DNA of 64,000 nucleotides, taken from the IMG/VR virus record IMGVR_UViG_3300044625_001067, positions 186,001-250,000 of that record. The stretch is one strand, 5' to 3'. Below, in pieces: positions 8,701 to 17,022 of the stretch; positions within the stretch are counted from its first letter, which is position 1, and each line of letters starts with the position of its first letter. The position numbers and the translations under genes are program-made. The notes under the pieces were generated by a model. It was not told the origin of the DNA. It searched no databases and saw only the letters and a list, made by a program, of their open reading frames with translations.

Positions 8701-9486
8701 TTGCTTAGGCAAAGATGATGATATAGTCTGAGCTTCATGGAAACATGAAGATGTGGGGGATAAAAAGCCTTCACGATAACACAATGAATGAACAGCTACG
8801 AGTACACCGTTGCTCAAGCTGTTTCCGTCACCGCGACTTACAACCCTTACGAGCCCTATAACGGAACCGCAGGTTCCCAGACCGGACTCGGTTTCACAAC
8901 CTGGACAAACTTCAAGACAGCTTACGGCTCCGTTGCTGGAGACGCCGCCTGGTCTGGTGCTACTTCTAACCCAATTGAAGACATCCTAACCCTCAAGCGT
9001 GCAGTCGCCAACCAAATCGGTATCCGTCCAAACTCCGCAGTCGTCGGTACTGCCGTGTTTGACCTCTTGCTGACCAACGAGAAGATCCTTGATCGTATCA
9101 AGTACACATCTGCAGACAGCGTCGACACTGACGTCATTGCTCGCTACTTCGGTCTTGAGCGTGGCCTACGTGTTGCCGAAGGTCGTTACTTAGCGCAAGA
9201 TGGAACCCTACAGCCGGTATTCCCAGCTAACGGTATCCTTCTGTTCTACAGCCCTAACGGTCCTTCTGATTCCATCATGCCTGCTGGTGGTGCGAATGCT
9301 GCGACTCCTGCCTTCTCTTACACATATCAGCTCACAGGCACCCCCGCCGTCCGTCCCGAATACTACATTCGTGAACGTCGCGTTGTGCGTGCTGAAATCA
9401 CAATTGAACGTGTGGTTAACCTGGTTGGCCTCGGCGCAACTGGTCTTATCGGTTCTGGCGCTATGATCACCAACATCCTATCCTGA
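5799..9486 (+). CDS. Major capsid protein, spliced: join(5799-5807,6072-6103,7033-7272,7546-7567,8435-8487,8787-9486), 351 aa
   Basis: Removing five group I introns gives one 1056-nt frame: MMNLQQTYAGVDPILTTLAQGFMLPSTNIANFIAPVVDTPTRAGRILRFGKEQF...LPEEVIENAGEGPAQVDLRAIETRNAMSRLMNSYEY...; VDP.LT.LA.G / FGKE.F pattern of Mu-like capsids; RBS AAGGA upstream. Confidence 0.9.
5808..6071 (+). ncRNA. Group I intron 1 of capsid gene (264 nt, ORF-less)
   Basis: P1 GAAU|...GUUC with U-G; P3 CGGGUG/CGCCCG; GCAATCAGCAG; TTCAACGACTA; GATATAGTC; terminal G 6071. Confidence 0.9.
6104..7032 (+). ncRNA. Group I intron 2 of capsid gene (929 nt, carries HNH ORF)
   Basis: P1 CCAU|...GUGG; P3 CCGGUG/CGCCGG; same core motifs; terminal G 7032. 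Confidence 0.9.
6257..6973 (+). CDS. Intron-encoded HNH homing endonuclease with NUMOD3-like repeats
   Basis: HEHHIHP..MGGSD..NLIYLTPRAHYIAHQLL HNH signature; SEETRNKLSEA / SREKISNS repeats; lies within intron 2. Confidence 0.85.
   Translation: MTDPRITLPRAPGLTSYRQLNRYFFFLEKFGSLEKFKCCHEHHIHPTKMGGSDAKVNLIYLTPRAHYIAHQLLFRAFTGNQQAQRAAWLMSHTIDEAFVNSRVYEFLKNNYIFSEETRNKLSEAGRNRKLSFESREKISNSNKETYRNTSKEVLLERIERMRETKRGTPWNESHRNSIPPSLPRGRDHWRLKDSPLWGVSDEILKVWLENGKPSYVMLCRLLGIPKTKSVMSVIKSMI
7273..7545 (+). ncRNA. Group I intron 3 of capsid gene (273 nt, ORF-less)
   Basis: P1 GAGGU|...GCCUC; P10 UCAAU/AUUGA; P3 CUGGGUG/CGCCUAG; core motifs; terminal G 7545. Confidence 0.9.
7568..8434 (+). ncRNA. Group I intron 4 of capsid gene (867 nt, carries HNH-like ORF)
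   Basis: P1 GAGGGU|...GCUCUU; P3 CUGGGUG/CGCCCAG; core motifs; terminal G 8434. Confidence 0.9.
7724..8374 (+). CDS. Intron-encoded HNH-like homing endonuclease
   Basis: KYEKWYWTLI...ENHHPVPK...VSVREHFILHLLL; C-terminal region resembles that of 6257-6973; within intron 4. Confidence 0.75.
   Translation: MSFDNNNSSTSAQSNITCHYRNKYEKWYWTLINKFENRDYLPKKFENHHPVPKEIWPKDWDSREIITTVGVSVREHFILHLLLTKVGFSHSSLIRFLKGFRRGQQRGLHATNLKKLWDRYQFKGDNLPDKPWEHSYREDLSFLDLWVDADYFYWVWLNILPTPLGKGSGYPGNGYRNLSKAVGVKPTKSIRRMVIYFKAGWDPLKDPSWLDFVAKI
8488..8786 (+). ncRNA. Group I intron 5 of capsid gene (299 nt, ORF-less)
   Basis: P1 GGCU|...GGCC; P10 CAUU/AAUG; P3 UUGGGUG/CGCCCAA; core motifs; terminal G 8786. Confidence 0.9.
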
Positions 9487-9514
9487 TAAGGGAAGGTACT
9501 AAGGAGGTGACCCA

Positions 9515-9958
9515 ATGGCAATTCTCAGACCGATTACAAAGTCTCAGTACGAAGTTAGCTTCGTAGCTCCTGACGGACCCACACTAATCGCCACGTTTAC
9601 AAAATTCAGCGGAATCAAAGATTCCTCAAGTAGCAGTGACTACGCCAATGGTACTGGTAACCGTATTTACAAAGTTGTAGGCCCCAAAAAGGTAGACAAC
9701 ATCTCCCTTTCTGCTCCGTACGATCCCACGATCTTCAAGCAGTTGGAAATTTACTGGTTGCAGTATAATTGCAGAGAAATCACAGTTACAGTCACTCCGA
9801 AGGACTGTGTTGGAAACGGATCAGCCCCCGCTGGCGGCCAATACACTTGCTACGGATGTCAGTTCATGTCTCTTAATACCGCCGATGTTGACCGTGAAAG
9901 CGGCAATGTTCAGGAAATTGAGATTCAACTAACCGTGAACTCTTGGGACCGAACCTGA
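9515..9958 (+). CDS. Tail tube protein
   Basis: 147 aa, FTKFSGI...ITVTV...Y.CYGCQ..LNTADVDRESGNVQEIEIQLTV pattern of contractile tail tubes; RBS AAGGAGG. Confidence 0.65.
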   Translation: MAILRPITKSQYEVSFVAPDGPTLIATFTKFSGIKDSSSSSDYANGTGNRIYKVVGPKKVDNISLSAPYDPTIFKQLEIYWLQYNCREITVTVTPKDCVGNGSAPAGGQYTCYGCQFMSLNTADVDRESGNVQEIEIQLTVNSWDRT

Positions 9959-9970
9959 TTCTCAACTCGA

Positions 9971-10016
9971 AAAGCCCCCTAACCGGGGCTTTTTTTTTTT
10001 TTTTTTTTTTTTTTTT
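9971..10016 (+). terminator. Intrinsic terminator with unusually long T-tract
   Basis: AGCCCC-CTAACC-GGGGCT hairpin then about 27 T. Confidence 0.8.
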
Positions 10017-10028
10017 GTGCCTACAAGA

Positions 10029-10036
10029 GGGTAAAA
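10029..10036 (+). promoter_or_regulatory. GGGTAAAR putative late promoter
   Basis: GGGTAAAA right after terminator, upstream of 10065. Confidence 0.6.
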
Positions 10037-10064
10037 CCTCTGTAAGAACGAACCTTAAGAAGAA

Positions 10065-10541
10065 ATGGCCAAAACTCTGTTTTCAAGTGGCGTTGTCGTA
10101 ACAAGCGAGTGGCTAAATGGTGCAAGGAACATTGTTTTCGACGGCCAAGACCTTGACTGGCACTACGACCCCTTGGGTCTCGACGACCTTGAAAAAACAG
10201 GGCCCACAGGCTTAGACAGCCGCTACGTCACACTAACCACTGAGCAACCCACGTTGTCTGGCACCGGCCTACTTCTGTCGGGTACTCCGGTTTCCGGTTC
10301 AAAAGTTGTCACAGGGTACTGGGGGTTCGGCTTTGACCCTGCTTCAAACCCCACTCTCACTCAGAACTACAACAAGGCCCCGCGAAGTTTTCTAACAAAC
10401 CTTAAGTATAGCAACGCCAACGGCATCAGCCCTTCCTCGGCTAGCCAGAAATTCGCAGCGTTAGCAGACGCAGACTTGGTAACGAAAAAAGTATTGTCCG
10501 ACCAGCTCAACGCTCTTGTGGTGGATAACGGTACATACTGA
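10065..10541 (+). CDS. Hypothetical virion (baseplate/tail) protein
   Basis: ORF heading baseplate operon; GVVVTSEWLN N-terminus resembles tail-associated proteins. Confidence 0.5.
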   Translation: MAKTLFSSGVVVTSEWLNGARNIVFDGQDLDWHYDPLGLDDLEKTGPTGLDSRYVTLTTEQPTLSGTGLLLSGTPVSGSKVVTGYWGFGFDPASNPTLTQNYNKAPRSFLTNLKYSNANGISPSSASQKFAALADADLVTKKVLSDQLNALVVDNGTY

Positions 10542-10554
10542 ACGGAGAATCTAA

Positions 10555-13380
10555 ATGCCACGTTATTCACCGCTACCGTCGGTTTCCATTGACCCGCGCA
10601 ATGAAGCTGACTTGGTCCAAGCAGCGGCTCAAACCGTTTACGAAGCGTCCAACAAAACCCTGAACGACTTCAGTGCGGGAAACCCCCTAGCAGTCCTCCT
10701 TGAGGGGCAAGCTTTTGCTCAGGGAGAATTCTTGTACTGGGCCAACCAGCTCCCTGACAAAATCCTCATCGAGTGGATCGGACCCTTCTTAGGTGCCATG
10801 AGAAGGCTTGGGACAACCTCAACAGCTGAGCTGGTAATTTCGGTCCCGCCAACAAAGAGCTCCACGGTTATTCCCGCAGGGTCCCTATTCTCTACGAACC
10901 CTCAGCTAACAGCAGGAGAAAGCTACGAGTTTGTTACAAGTTCCGACCTGGTGATTCCGCCTGGAGACCTCACCGGTAGAGTCCCAGTTTACTCAAAGTT
11001 TGTAGGATCCGCCTATAACGTTCCCGCAAACTCAATCACCGGAACTTCAAACACAGGAACACTCAACTTATCCGCAACAAACCCTCAACCGTCTGTCGGC
11101 GGAAGTGACGTCGAGACTTTTCAGGAAGTTCAGGAAAGGTTCTTCACTCTAATTCGCAGGAGAAACCCCGTCAGTGGGTCCGACTGGCAAGATTTTTTCA
11201 CTGACTTGTATGGCATAGGCACTTTGACATCTGTCCAGCCGAACCGCTCCAGCTTCTACGGATACAACTACACACAAGACTACCTTCGCCCCAATGGGCA
11301 GGTGTCTTTTTTCGTGCTTGGGCCAAACGGTCAAGAACTTACAACTCAGCAACTGTCGCTGGGCCAAAACGCAGTAAATTTCTCTGTCCCGATTGAGAAT
11401 CAAGGACACTTGTTCCCCATTACGCTCAGCCAAGTTCAATACAACTTAACCGTAGAAGTAGACTCCAACGGGACTTTCGGGTCAAACTTTAAGGAGTCTG
11501 CACTCAATTTTCGAGACCGTCTCTTCTCAGTCTTCACTCCTGGGCAAGTTTTTCCTGCGAACGTGACTCCGACTGTGAGCGACATCGACGCAGCGTTCTA
11601 CGCAACTTTCGACACGAACACAAGGTTCAAAGATCCATCTGTAAAAGTATCGACCGCTTACAACACTCCGAACTCTCTCAATAAGGACGCGTCGGTATAC
11701 ACAAACATCTACGATTTTTCCGCGTCTGACAACCTGCTGGAAGAGGGTAACCTTATACTCGTCAATAGCCCCGCACCAACCTTCTACCCGGTAGAGTCAA
11801 ATTTTACACCCTACTCTTCGAACAAGAAAGATCAGACGGTTTACGGTAACCTTACGCTTAAACAGATTAGACCGCTAACCTCCGGGTCCTACTCCGTTGG
11901 TGACATAGTATATCATGATGGATCCGGGGATCTAGCCCAGCAAGGGTTGCATATTGTCCTGGAAAACATAAGCATCGGATCTTCTTCCGCTGTTTCTTCG
12001 TACATTCTGAACGGGAAGATCTCCGCAGTGAAAACCTTTTCGCCGTGGGAAATTGGAAACTCTTTCACATATTCCTCTGGCGGTACACTAGACCCTGAAA
12101 TTGTGGAGTATGACTACTCCTCAGGAGAGTTCGTTCCTCAAAGTCCCTCTGCAGTACCCTTAAATAGCCGTGCAGGAGGATTTGCCTGGCTAGTTTCAAA
12201 AAACTTTACACTCAACCCGTCCACCAACGATATTACTGGTGCTCAGGCAGAGTTTTTAGTCGGGCTTCCCGTGGTTCCTGCTCAGCTCACTGAAGGGTTG
12301 TCCTATGCCCAAGGAACGTGGGTTTCCACTCCCCAAGTGGGGGGAGGGCCCAATCCCGTTGTTGACCCTTACTACAACTACGTTGACTTAACAAAAGGCG
12401 CAATTGTGAAGTATGCCCGTGTCAATGCAGGCTTCACCTTTAACCCAAACCAGCTACCCATTAAGGAGTACTTTAGTAATCTTGTTGACAAGGGAATCCT
12501 ATCTGAGACTCTCGTGTTCGACGGGAACGGTGGATTACCTTTGTACAAGTATAAAGCTCGGTTCAAGCCAGGGCAGTACCTGTTGTATAAGGAAACTTCA
12601 TCTTCTTCAGCCACTTACTACGTTGCGTCTTCGCACTTCACCCCCAGTAGCACCAACATACAAGATTTGCTTAGCGAGGGTGTGGTTTACAACCTTGCTC
12701 CTAACCCTGCGCTTCAAACTCAGCTAGCTTCAGAACTAACGAACAACCCGCTCCTGCGAAAATTTGACAGAATGTTCACCTTTTTTCAGGGTGATCGCAC
12801 GTTCTTTCGAGAAGGTTCCGATGTGCAATCCTACACCGCCACCTCCGCAGTCACCCCCCTATTTGACTTTAGCATATATCTGAATAACGGCGTGTTCGTA
12901 AAGTCCGAGGAATTCGGCCCATCCCTTCTCCCCGTAGACGACTACATTCCTTACTTCAACCCTGCTTACTTAAACGCCACGGAAGACACGATCTTGAGTG
13001 AAGACGGTCGGAACTATTACAGAGTCATGAAGTCATTCACACCCCAGAAAACAGTGACGAACTGGTCCGGCCTGCCCGCAGACAACACCGCGAGGTACGA
13101 AGAGTACGCGGGCAACTTACTACGGTACGTAGTTTCCTATCGCTGTGAAGAGCCGGTGCTGTCCCAGTACGGTGTGGAAACATCTTCAATTAAGCTTGGA
13201 TCCTGCCAAATAACTGTTGTTCCTCGGAACTCCGGAAGGAACTTTAGCTCGTCACCAAGTTTAGCATACGTGTGGGAAAACACCTCAACCTTGAGTCAAA
13301 TTCCTGACTTATCCTGGTACACGGGAACAACTTTTGCGCTTAGCCCGCCGAACTACGGGGAGGGGACGTTAGCACTATGA
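10555..13380 (+). CDS. Baseplate J-like wedge protein with long C-terminal extension
   Basis: NDFSAGNPLAVLLE...IPAGS...G.AYNVPANSIT...ATNPQPSVGGSDVET..EV.ER baseplate J signature. Confidence 0.8.
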   Translation: MPRYSPLPSVSIDPRNEADLVQAAAQTVYEASNKTLNDFSAGNPLAVLLEGQAFAQGEFLYWANQLPDKILIEWIGPFLGAMRRLGTTSTAELVISVPPTKSSTVIPAGSLFSTNPQLTAGESYEFVTSSDLVIPPGDLTGRVPVYSKFVGSAYNVPANSITGTSNTGTLNLSATNPQPSVGGSDVETFQEVQERFFTLIRRRNPVSGSDWQDFFTDLYGIGTLTSVQPNRSSFYGYNYTQDYLRPNGQVSFFVLGPNGQELTTQQLSLGQNAVNFSVPIENQGHLFPITLSQVQYNLTVEVDSNGTFGSNFKESALNFRDRLFSVFTPGQVFPANVTPTVSDIDAAFYATFDTNTRFKDPSVKVSTAYNTPNSLNKDASVYTNIYDFSASDNLLEEGNLILVNSPAPTFYPVESNFTPYSSNKKDQTVYGNLTLKQIRPLTSGSYSVGDIVYHDGSGDLAQQGLHIVLENISIGSSSAVSSYILNGKISAVKTFSPWEIGNSFTYSSGGTLDPEIVEYDYSSGEFVPQSPSAVPLNSRAGGFAWLVSKNFTLNPSTNDITGAQAEFLVGLPVVPAQLTEGLSYAQGTWVSTPQVGGGPNPVVDPYYNYVDLTKGAIVKYARVNAGFTFNPNQLPIKEYFSNLVDKGILSETLVFDGNGGLPLYKYKARFKPGQYLLYKETSSSSATYYVASSHFTPSSTNIQDLLSEGVVYNLAPNPALQTQLASELTNNPLLRKFDRMFTFFQGDRTFFREGSDVQSYTATSAVTPLFDFSIYLNNGVFVKSEEFGPSLLPVDDYIPYFNPAYLNATEDTILSEDGRNYYRVMKSFTPQKTVTNWSGLPADNTARYEEYAGNLLRYVVSYRCEEPVLSQYGVETSSIKLGSCQITVVPRNSGRNFSSSPSLAYVWENTSTLSQIPDLSWYTGTTFALSPPNYGEGTLAL

Positions 13381-14651
13381 GTCAGAATCTGGTCGCATTG
13401 AACGGGGGGACTGCGCAAATTGAAACATCTTCCACTTTCGAGCAGGGTGTGAACCTTTCCCCCCAGTACGTGAATGCGCTTAAACTCCACCCCCACCCCA
13501 CTGAGTGGGTTGAAAACGGGAGGCCAATCTACGCACGTTTACCGTCGGCTTCGCAGCTTTACAAACTGGACTTCGGACTCGAGGACGAGTTTGCCTACAC
13601 TTACCTTCCCGTGAGCGATGGCCGCACGGGAACAGGGTCGCTTCAGGTTCAGTCTTCCGGGGAGAACAAGTTCCTGACAGTTCAGTCCGGAGTTGTGGTT
13701 TGGAAGTATGGGAGCTTAACGGTTGACCCTGTTATCATAAGCTTGGAAGAAATGGAAATGGTAAGTACGAAGTATCTTCTGGCCTACCAACTTTATTACG
13801 ACGACTCACCCTTTGTCGCTGAGTACTCTGTCAATAAATTTTCCTTATCTGGATACGACATAAGAGTAGAAAGTAGCACAGATGCTGTGCCAGGGTGGAG
13901 GTACAGTCCCGCTTTTGCTTTCACAGATCTTGAGTCTCAAGCGTGGAGAAACTTTGACGGTGTATTTCCGTCTTACGCGGGGCAAGCCTACCTGTCGTGG
14001 CAAAGCCCGCACCCCGCCGCTTACACCGAAGTTGAACTACGGTGCCCCGATGGCTCCTCGGTAACAGGCTCAGCGTCGCTTTATGTGTCGTCCAGCCCCC
14101 CCGAAAACGACGACGACCCCTACTGCTCAGATCCGGTATGGATCTTACAAGGTGCTTCCAATGTTGCTTCCGACGCTAACGGGCAGTACTTCAAGTTTTC
14201 AATTCCTGAACCCTCGTACAACCATGGGTGGAAAGTAGTATGGACGGATACCAAAGTGGCGATCAATCGGGTGCTTGTGAGTGGTACCCTGTCCTTGCTT
14301 AGAAAGCCCGCAGCAGCAACCTCCGTCATCAACCTAGTTGCTTATCCTGAAAACAGCGTACCGAAAACCGTCAGGAACAGCACAGGAAAGGAAGTACCGG
14401 TTACTCTGTGCAAACTGGCCTACGTGAGTATTGACGGGGCTTACCGTGTTGAAAAGATCACAGACCTGAGAGAGGTGGTTCACACAGACCACCAGCCCCT
14501 GGCTGATTGGCTTACACGTGCCCTGGATACAAATCTTATCAACCTGTTCTCGCAGGTGAACGGGTACTCGTCTTTGTGGATGAGCCCGCAAAACTGCATG
14601 AGACACGAATACGCCACTTTGCAGAACAATCTTGTAGCAGTGAAGGAGTGA
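13377..14651 (+). CDS. Putative baseplate protein
   Basis: ATGA overlap with baseplate J; long ORF; context only. Confidence 0.5.
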   Translation: MSQNLVALNGGTAQIETSSTFEQGVNLSPQYVNALKLHPHPTEWVENGRPIYARLPSASQLYKLDFGLEDEFAYTYLPVSDGRTGTGSLQVQSSGENKFLTVQSGVVVWKYGSLTVDPVIISLEEMEMVSTKYLLAYQLYYDDSPFVAEYSVNKFSLSGYDIRVESSTDAVPGWRYSPAFAFTDLESQAWRNFDGVFPSYAGQAYLSWQSPHPAAYTEVELRCPDGSSVTGSASLYVSSSPPENDDDPYCSDPVWILQGASNVASDANGQYFKFSIPEPSYNHGWKVVWTDTKVAINRVLVSGTLSLLRKPAAATSVINLVAYPENSVPKTVRNSTGKEVPVTLCKLAYVSIDGAYRVEKITDLREVVHTDHQPLADWLTRALDTNLINLFSQVNGYSSLWMSPQNCMRHEYATLQNNLVAVKE

Positions 14652-14652
14652 G

Positions 14653-16725
14653 ATGACCGACTTAAACCCCTCGTTCAGTATTAGTGACTTTGAGGACTAC
14701 GGTACCACAAACCTTTACCTAACTGCCGAGCAACTTAACTCAGTGGCTCTAACCGAGAGCCGTGTAAACGACCAGCTTGACTGGCTCGCCCAGCTTTTGG
14801 GCTGGAGTGGTCCTGAATACTGGGCCAATCTTGCCTCAACAGTGACCCAAAAGCGAAACCTTTTGACGGGATCCTTCGGTGTGTACGACAGGTACATTCA
14901 CCCAGAAGTTGTCGAAGTTCGCAACTGTAACGGCACAGTAATTATAAAGGCAGACCCAAGGATACAAGTCGGTCAGACCTTTTACTTAGGGGACTTCTCG
15001 TACTTGCTGAAGGAAGTGTCTCAAGCTGGGGCCAACTATGCTCTAACTTTCGAAGGTTTGGGGGGACAGTTCTTCACTGACCTTTCAGAAAATAAGCAGC
15101 TCAAGGTGATGGCCCCTGGCGATTTGCCCAGCCCATTTTTTCGCCCCGAGCCTGGCTCGACCGCTGACGCTTCCTTCCTTTGCGAAGTCCAGGGGTCCGA
15201 CCTTGTCCTGTTCCCGAAGTACAACACAGCGAGGACAATACCTTACAAGTTTAACACATTTTTAGCGGGTGCACGGTACTTTTTCAGCCTCCCTGTAACT
15301 TTCACCACCTCTTCAGTATCAATTGACCCGACCTACGACTTTTCGAGGGAGAGTTGGTACCTTGATATTCCCTCAGATCTTTCCTCTAACGGGTTCGGTC
15401 TCGAAGGGGAGCTAACGTACGAAAGTTCCACCTTGCGAGTGAGGGTATCCCCTTGGTCAAACCCTTCTGACTGGGCCACTCGAGAAAAGATCGATAACTT
15501 TTACGGAGTATGGTCGAACAAAGGTGGAAGGTTGCCCTTTAACTTTGTTTTTGATGCCCTAGGTATCCACGGGTTTAACGAAAAGGTCTCTGTCCATACG
15601 AGCGATGTTGACAAGTACGTAAGTTTTTACGATGTCTTGGCTTACATAGAAAGTGAGAACGGTGGGCCAGTTCCTGACTTCGGGAGCTTTGGCGCAGCTG
15701 TAATTCACTGTGACGGAGAGAGGGTCTTTGAAGGAGTTTCTCACGTCTCAGACAACTTTCAGTTTCTGTACGATATTGACTCCCCGTCTCAAACTTTTCG
15801 CTTTGTTTACACACCCTTGACTTACACAGGATCTGTGGTAGGCCCCGTAATAAGCATATCTGACTCGCTAGCATCGAGCTTCAACTGCAAAATATCCGAC
15901 CTCGTACTCAGTGGCCGCACTCACTACATGTCTCCGAATGTGGAAGATAGCGGGACCCTCTTAAGGCCATGGAAAAGTGAAGCTTTGCAGGTAATTAACT
16001 CTCCGAGCGATCTTGAGCTTCTTCGGAGCCCTAACTCTCTTCGGGCCGACACAAACCACGGGCCTAGTGACTCGAACTGGGAGCGGTACTTTGTGCGCCT
16101 TCCACCTGAGTATGGAAGAAACGATAGTACATGGCAAAAGGTAAACCTTGTGTGCAAGAATTTCGGGTACTGGGGCTCGTCACTCAACCCTGAGAAGATG
16201 TCATGCCCCCCGGAACAGTCGGAGCCACTTGTGTACGAACAAGTGGTTTTGTACGGTGGTGAAAAAGGGTTGATACCGTTTTTGTACTCGGAACCTTACC
16301 TATTCTCAGACATTTTGTACGGCCAAGGGACGTCGGACGACTACGACAATTCGGATATTGCCCCTGGTTTTGACACTCCCTACGACGACTTTGATGAGGC
16401 CGAACTGGTGAGCTACGACCTTCTTCATAATCGCACAGTAAACACATCCTTGCCTGGGGAGACTTACGGTGACTGGGACGGGGAGTACTTACGCTCGTCT
16501 TCCTCTGAGAACTTACGTGGCTTTCTTGTCAACGACCTCAATGAAGAAACACTCGAAGTCGTTCCAGCACCATTGTGGGACGCGAGCATTTATAAGTATC
16601 CGCCAGTCTGCAAAGATGGGGGTGCCTCGTCAACTGTCGACGCGAACCACTACAAAGTGGGGTACTCACTATTTGCAGCCGATCTGTCTGCGTCAGAAGA
16701 AGGCGTTTTCGACTTTGAGACTTGA
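14653..16725 (+). CDS. Putative baseplate/structural protein
   Basis: 690 aa; QLDWLAQLLGW resembles P2 gpI-type wedge motif; operon context. Confidence 0.5.
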   Translation: MTDLNPSFSISDFEDYGTTNLYLTAEQLNSVALTESRVNDQLDWLAQLLGWSGPEYWANLASTVTQKRNLLTGSFGVYDRYIHPEVVEVRNCNGTVIIKADPRIQVGQTFYLGDFSYLLKEVSQAGANYALTFEGLGGQFFTDLSENKQLKVMAPGDLPSPFFRPEPGSTADASFLCEVQGSDLVLFPKYNTARTIPYKFNTFLAGARYFFSLPVTFTTSSVSIDPTYDFSRESWYLDIPSDLSSNGFGLEGELTYESSTLRVRVSPWSNPSDWATREKIDNFYGVWSNKGGRLPFNFVFDALGIHGFNEKVSVHTSDVDKYVSFYDVLAYIESENGGPVPDFGSFGAAVIHCDGERVFEGVSHVSDNFQFLYDIDSPSQTFRFVYTPLTYTGSVVGPVISISDSLASSFNCKISDLVLSGRTHYMSPNVEDSGTLLRPWKSEALQVINSPSDLELLRSPNSLRADTNHGPSDSNWERYFVRLPPEYGRNDSTWQKVNLVCKNFGYWGSSLNPEKMSCPPEQSEPLVYEQVVLYGGEKGLIPFLYSEPYLFSDILYGQGTSDDYDNSDIAPGFDTPYDDFDEAELVSYDLLHNRTVNTSLPGETYGDWDGEYLRSSSSENLRGFLVNDLNEETLEVVPAPLWDASIYKYPPVCKDGGASSTVDANHYKVGYSLFAADLSASEEGVFDFET

Positions 16726-16755
16726 CGGGTAAAAACTCTTAGCTACCTAACTGAA

Positions 16756-17019
16756 ATGACCACACGAAGAAAAAGTACTCCCGACACAGAAACAGTTCCC
16801 CCGGATAACACCGAGGAGACAACCACTGTGACAACTGCACCTGAACACCCTATCAAGGAACTAGGCGAGTCTCACCAGGAAATCCCCCAGGAGGACCACC
16901 CTGAGGCAAGCTCTGAGGTGCCCCCTGTGAAAGAAGCAGAGGCGGCACTACGACCACCCGCACTCGCTAAGCGACTACCGTCAAAAAACACTCCGAAGTT
17001 TTCCCTCAAGATACGGTAA
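16756..17019 (+). CDS. Hypothetical low-complexity protein
   Basis: ORF preceded by GGGTAAAA motif at 16727. Confidence 0.5.
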   Translation: MTTRRKSTPDTETVPPDNTEETTTVTTAPEHPIKELGESHQEIPQEDHPEASSEVPPVKEAEAALRPPALAKRLPSKNTPKFSLKIR

Positions 17020-17022
17020 ACT

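Noticed and set aside
5808-8786. Repeated blocks as a CRISPR array, IS elements or group II introns
   Set aside because: Spacing is irregular, there is no transposase or reverse transcriptase, and all group I hallmarks (P1 U-G, P3, P7, terminal G) are present
7058-9486. ORFs 7058-7297 and 8788-9486 as independent genes or a capsid pseudogene
   Set aside because: They are exons 3 and 6; precise intron removal restores a single frame
9990-10016. 27-nt poly-T and the A9G8 run at 26032-26048 as functional elements
   Set aside because: The terminator tail is real, but run lengths may be homopolymer artefacts
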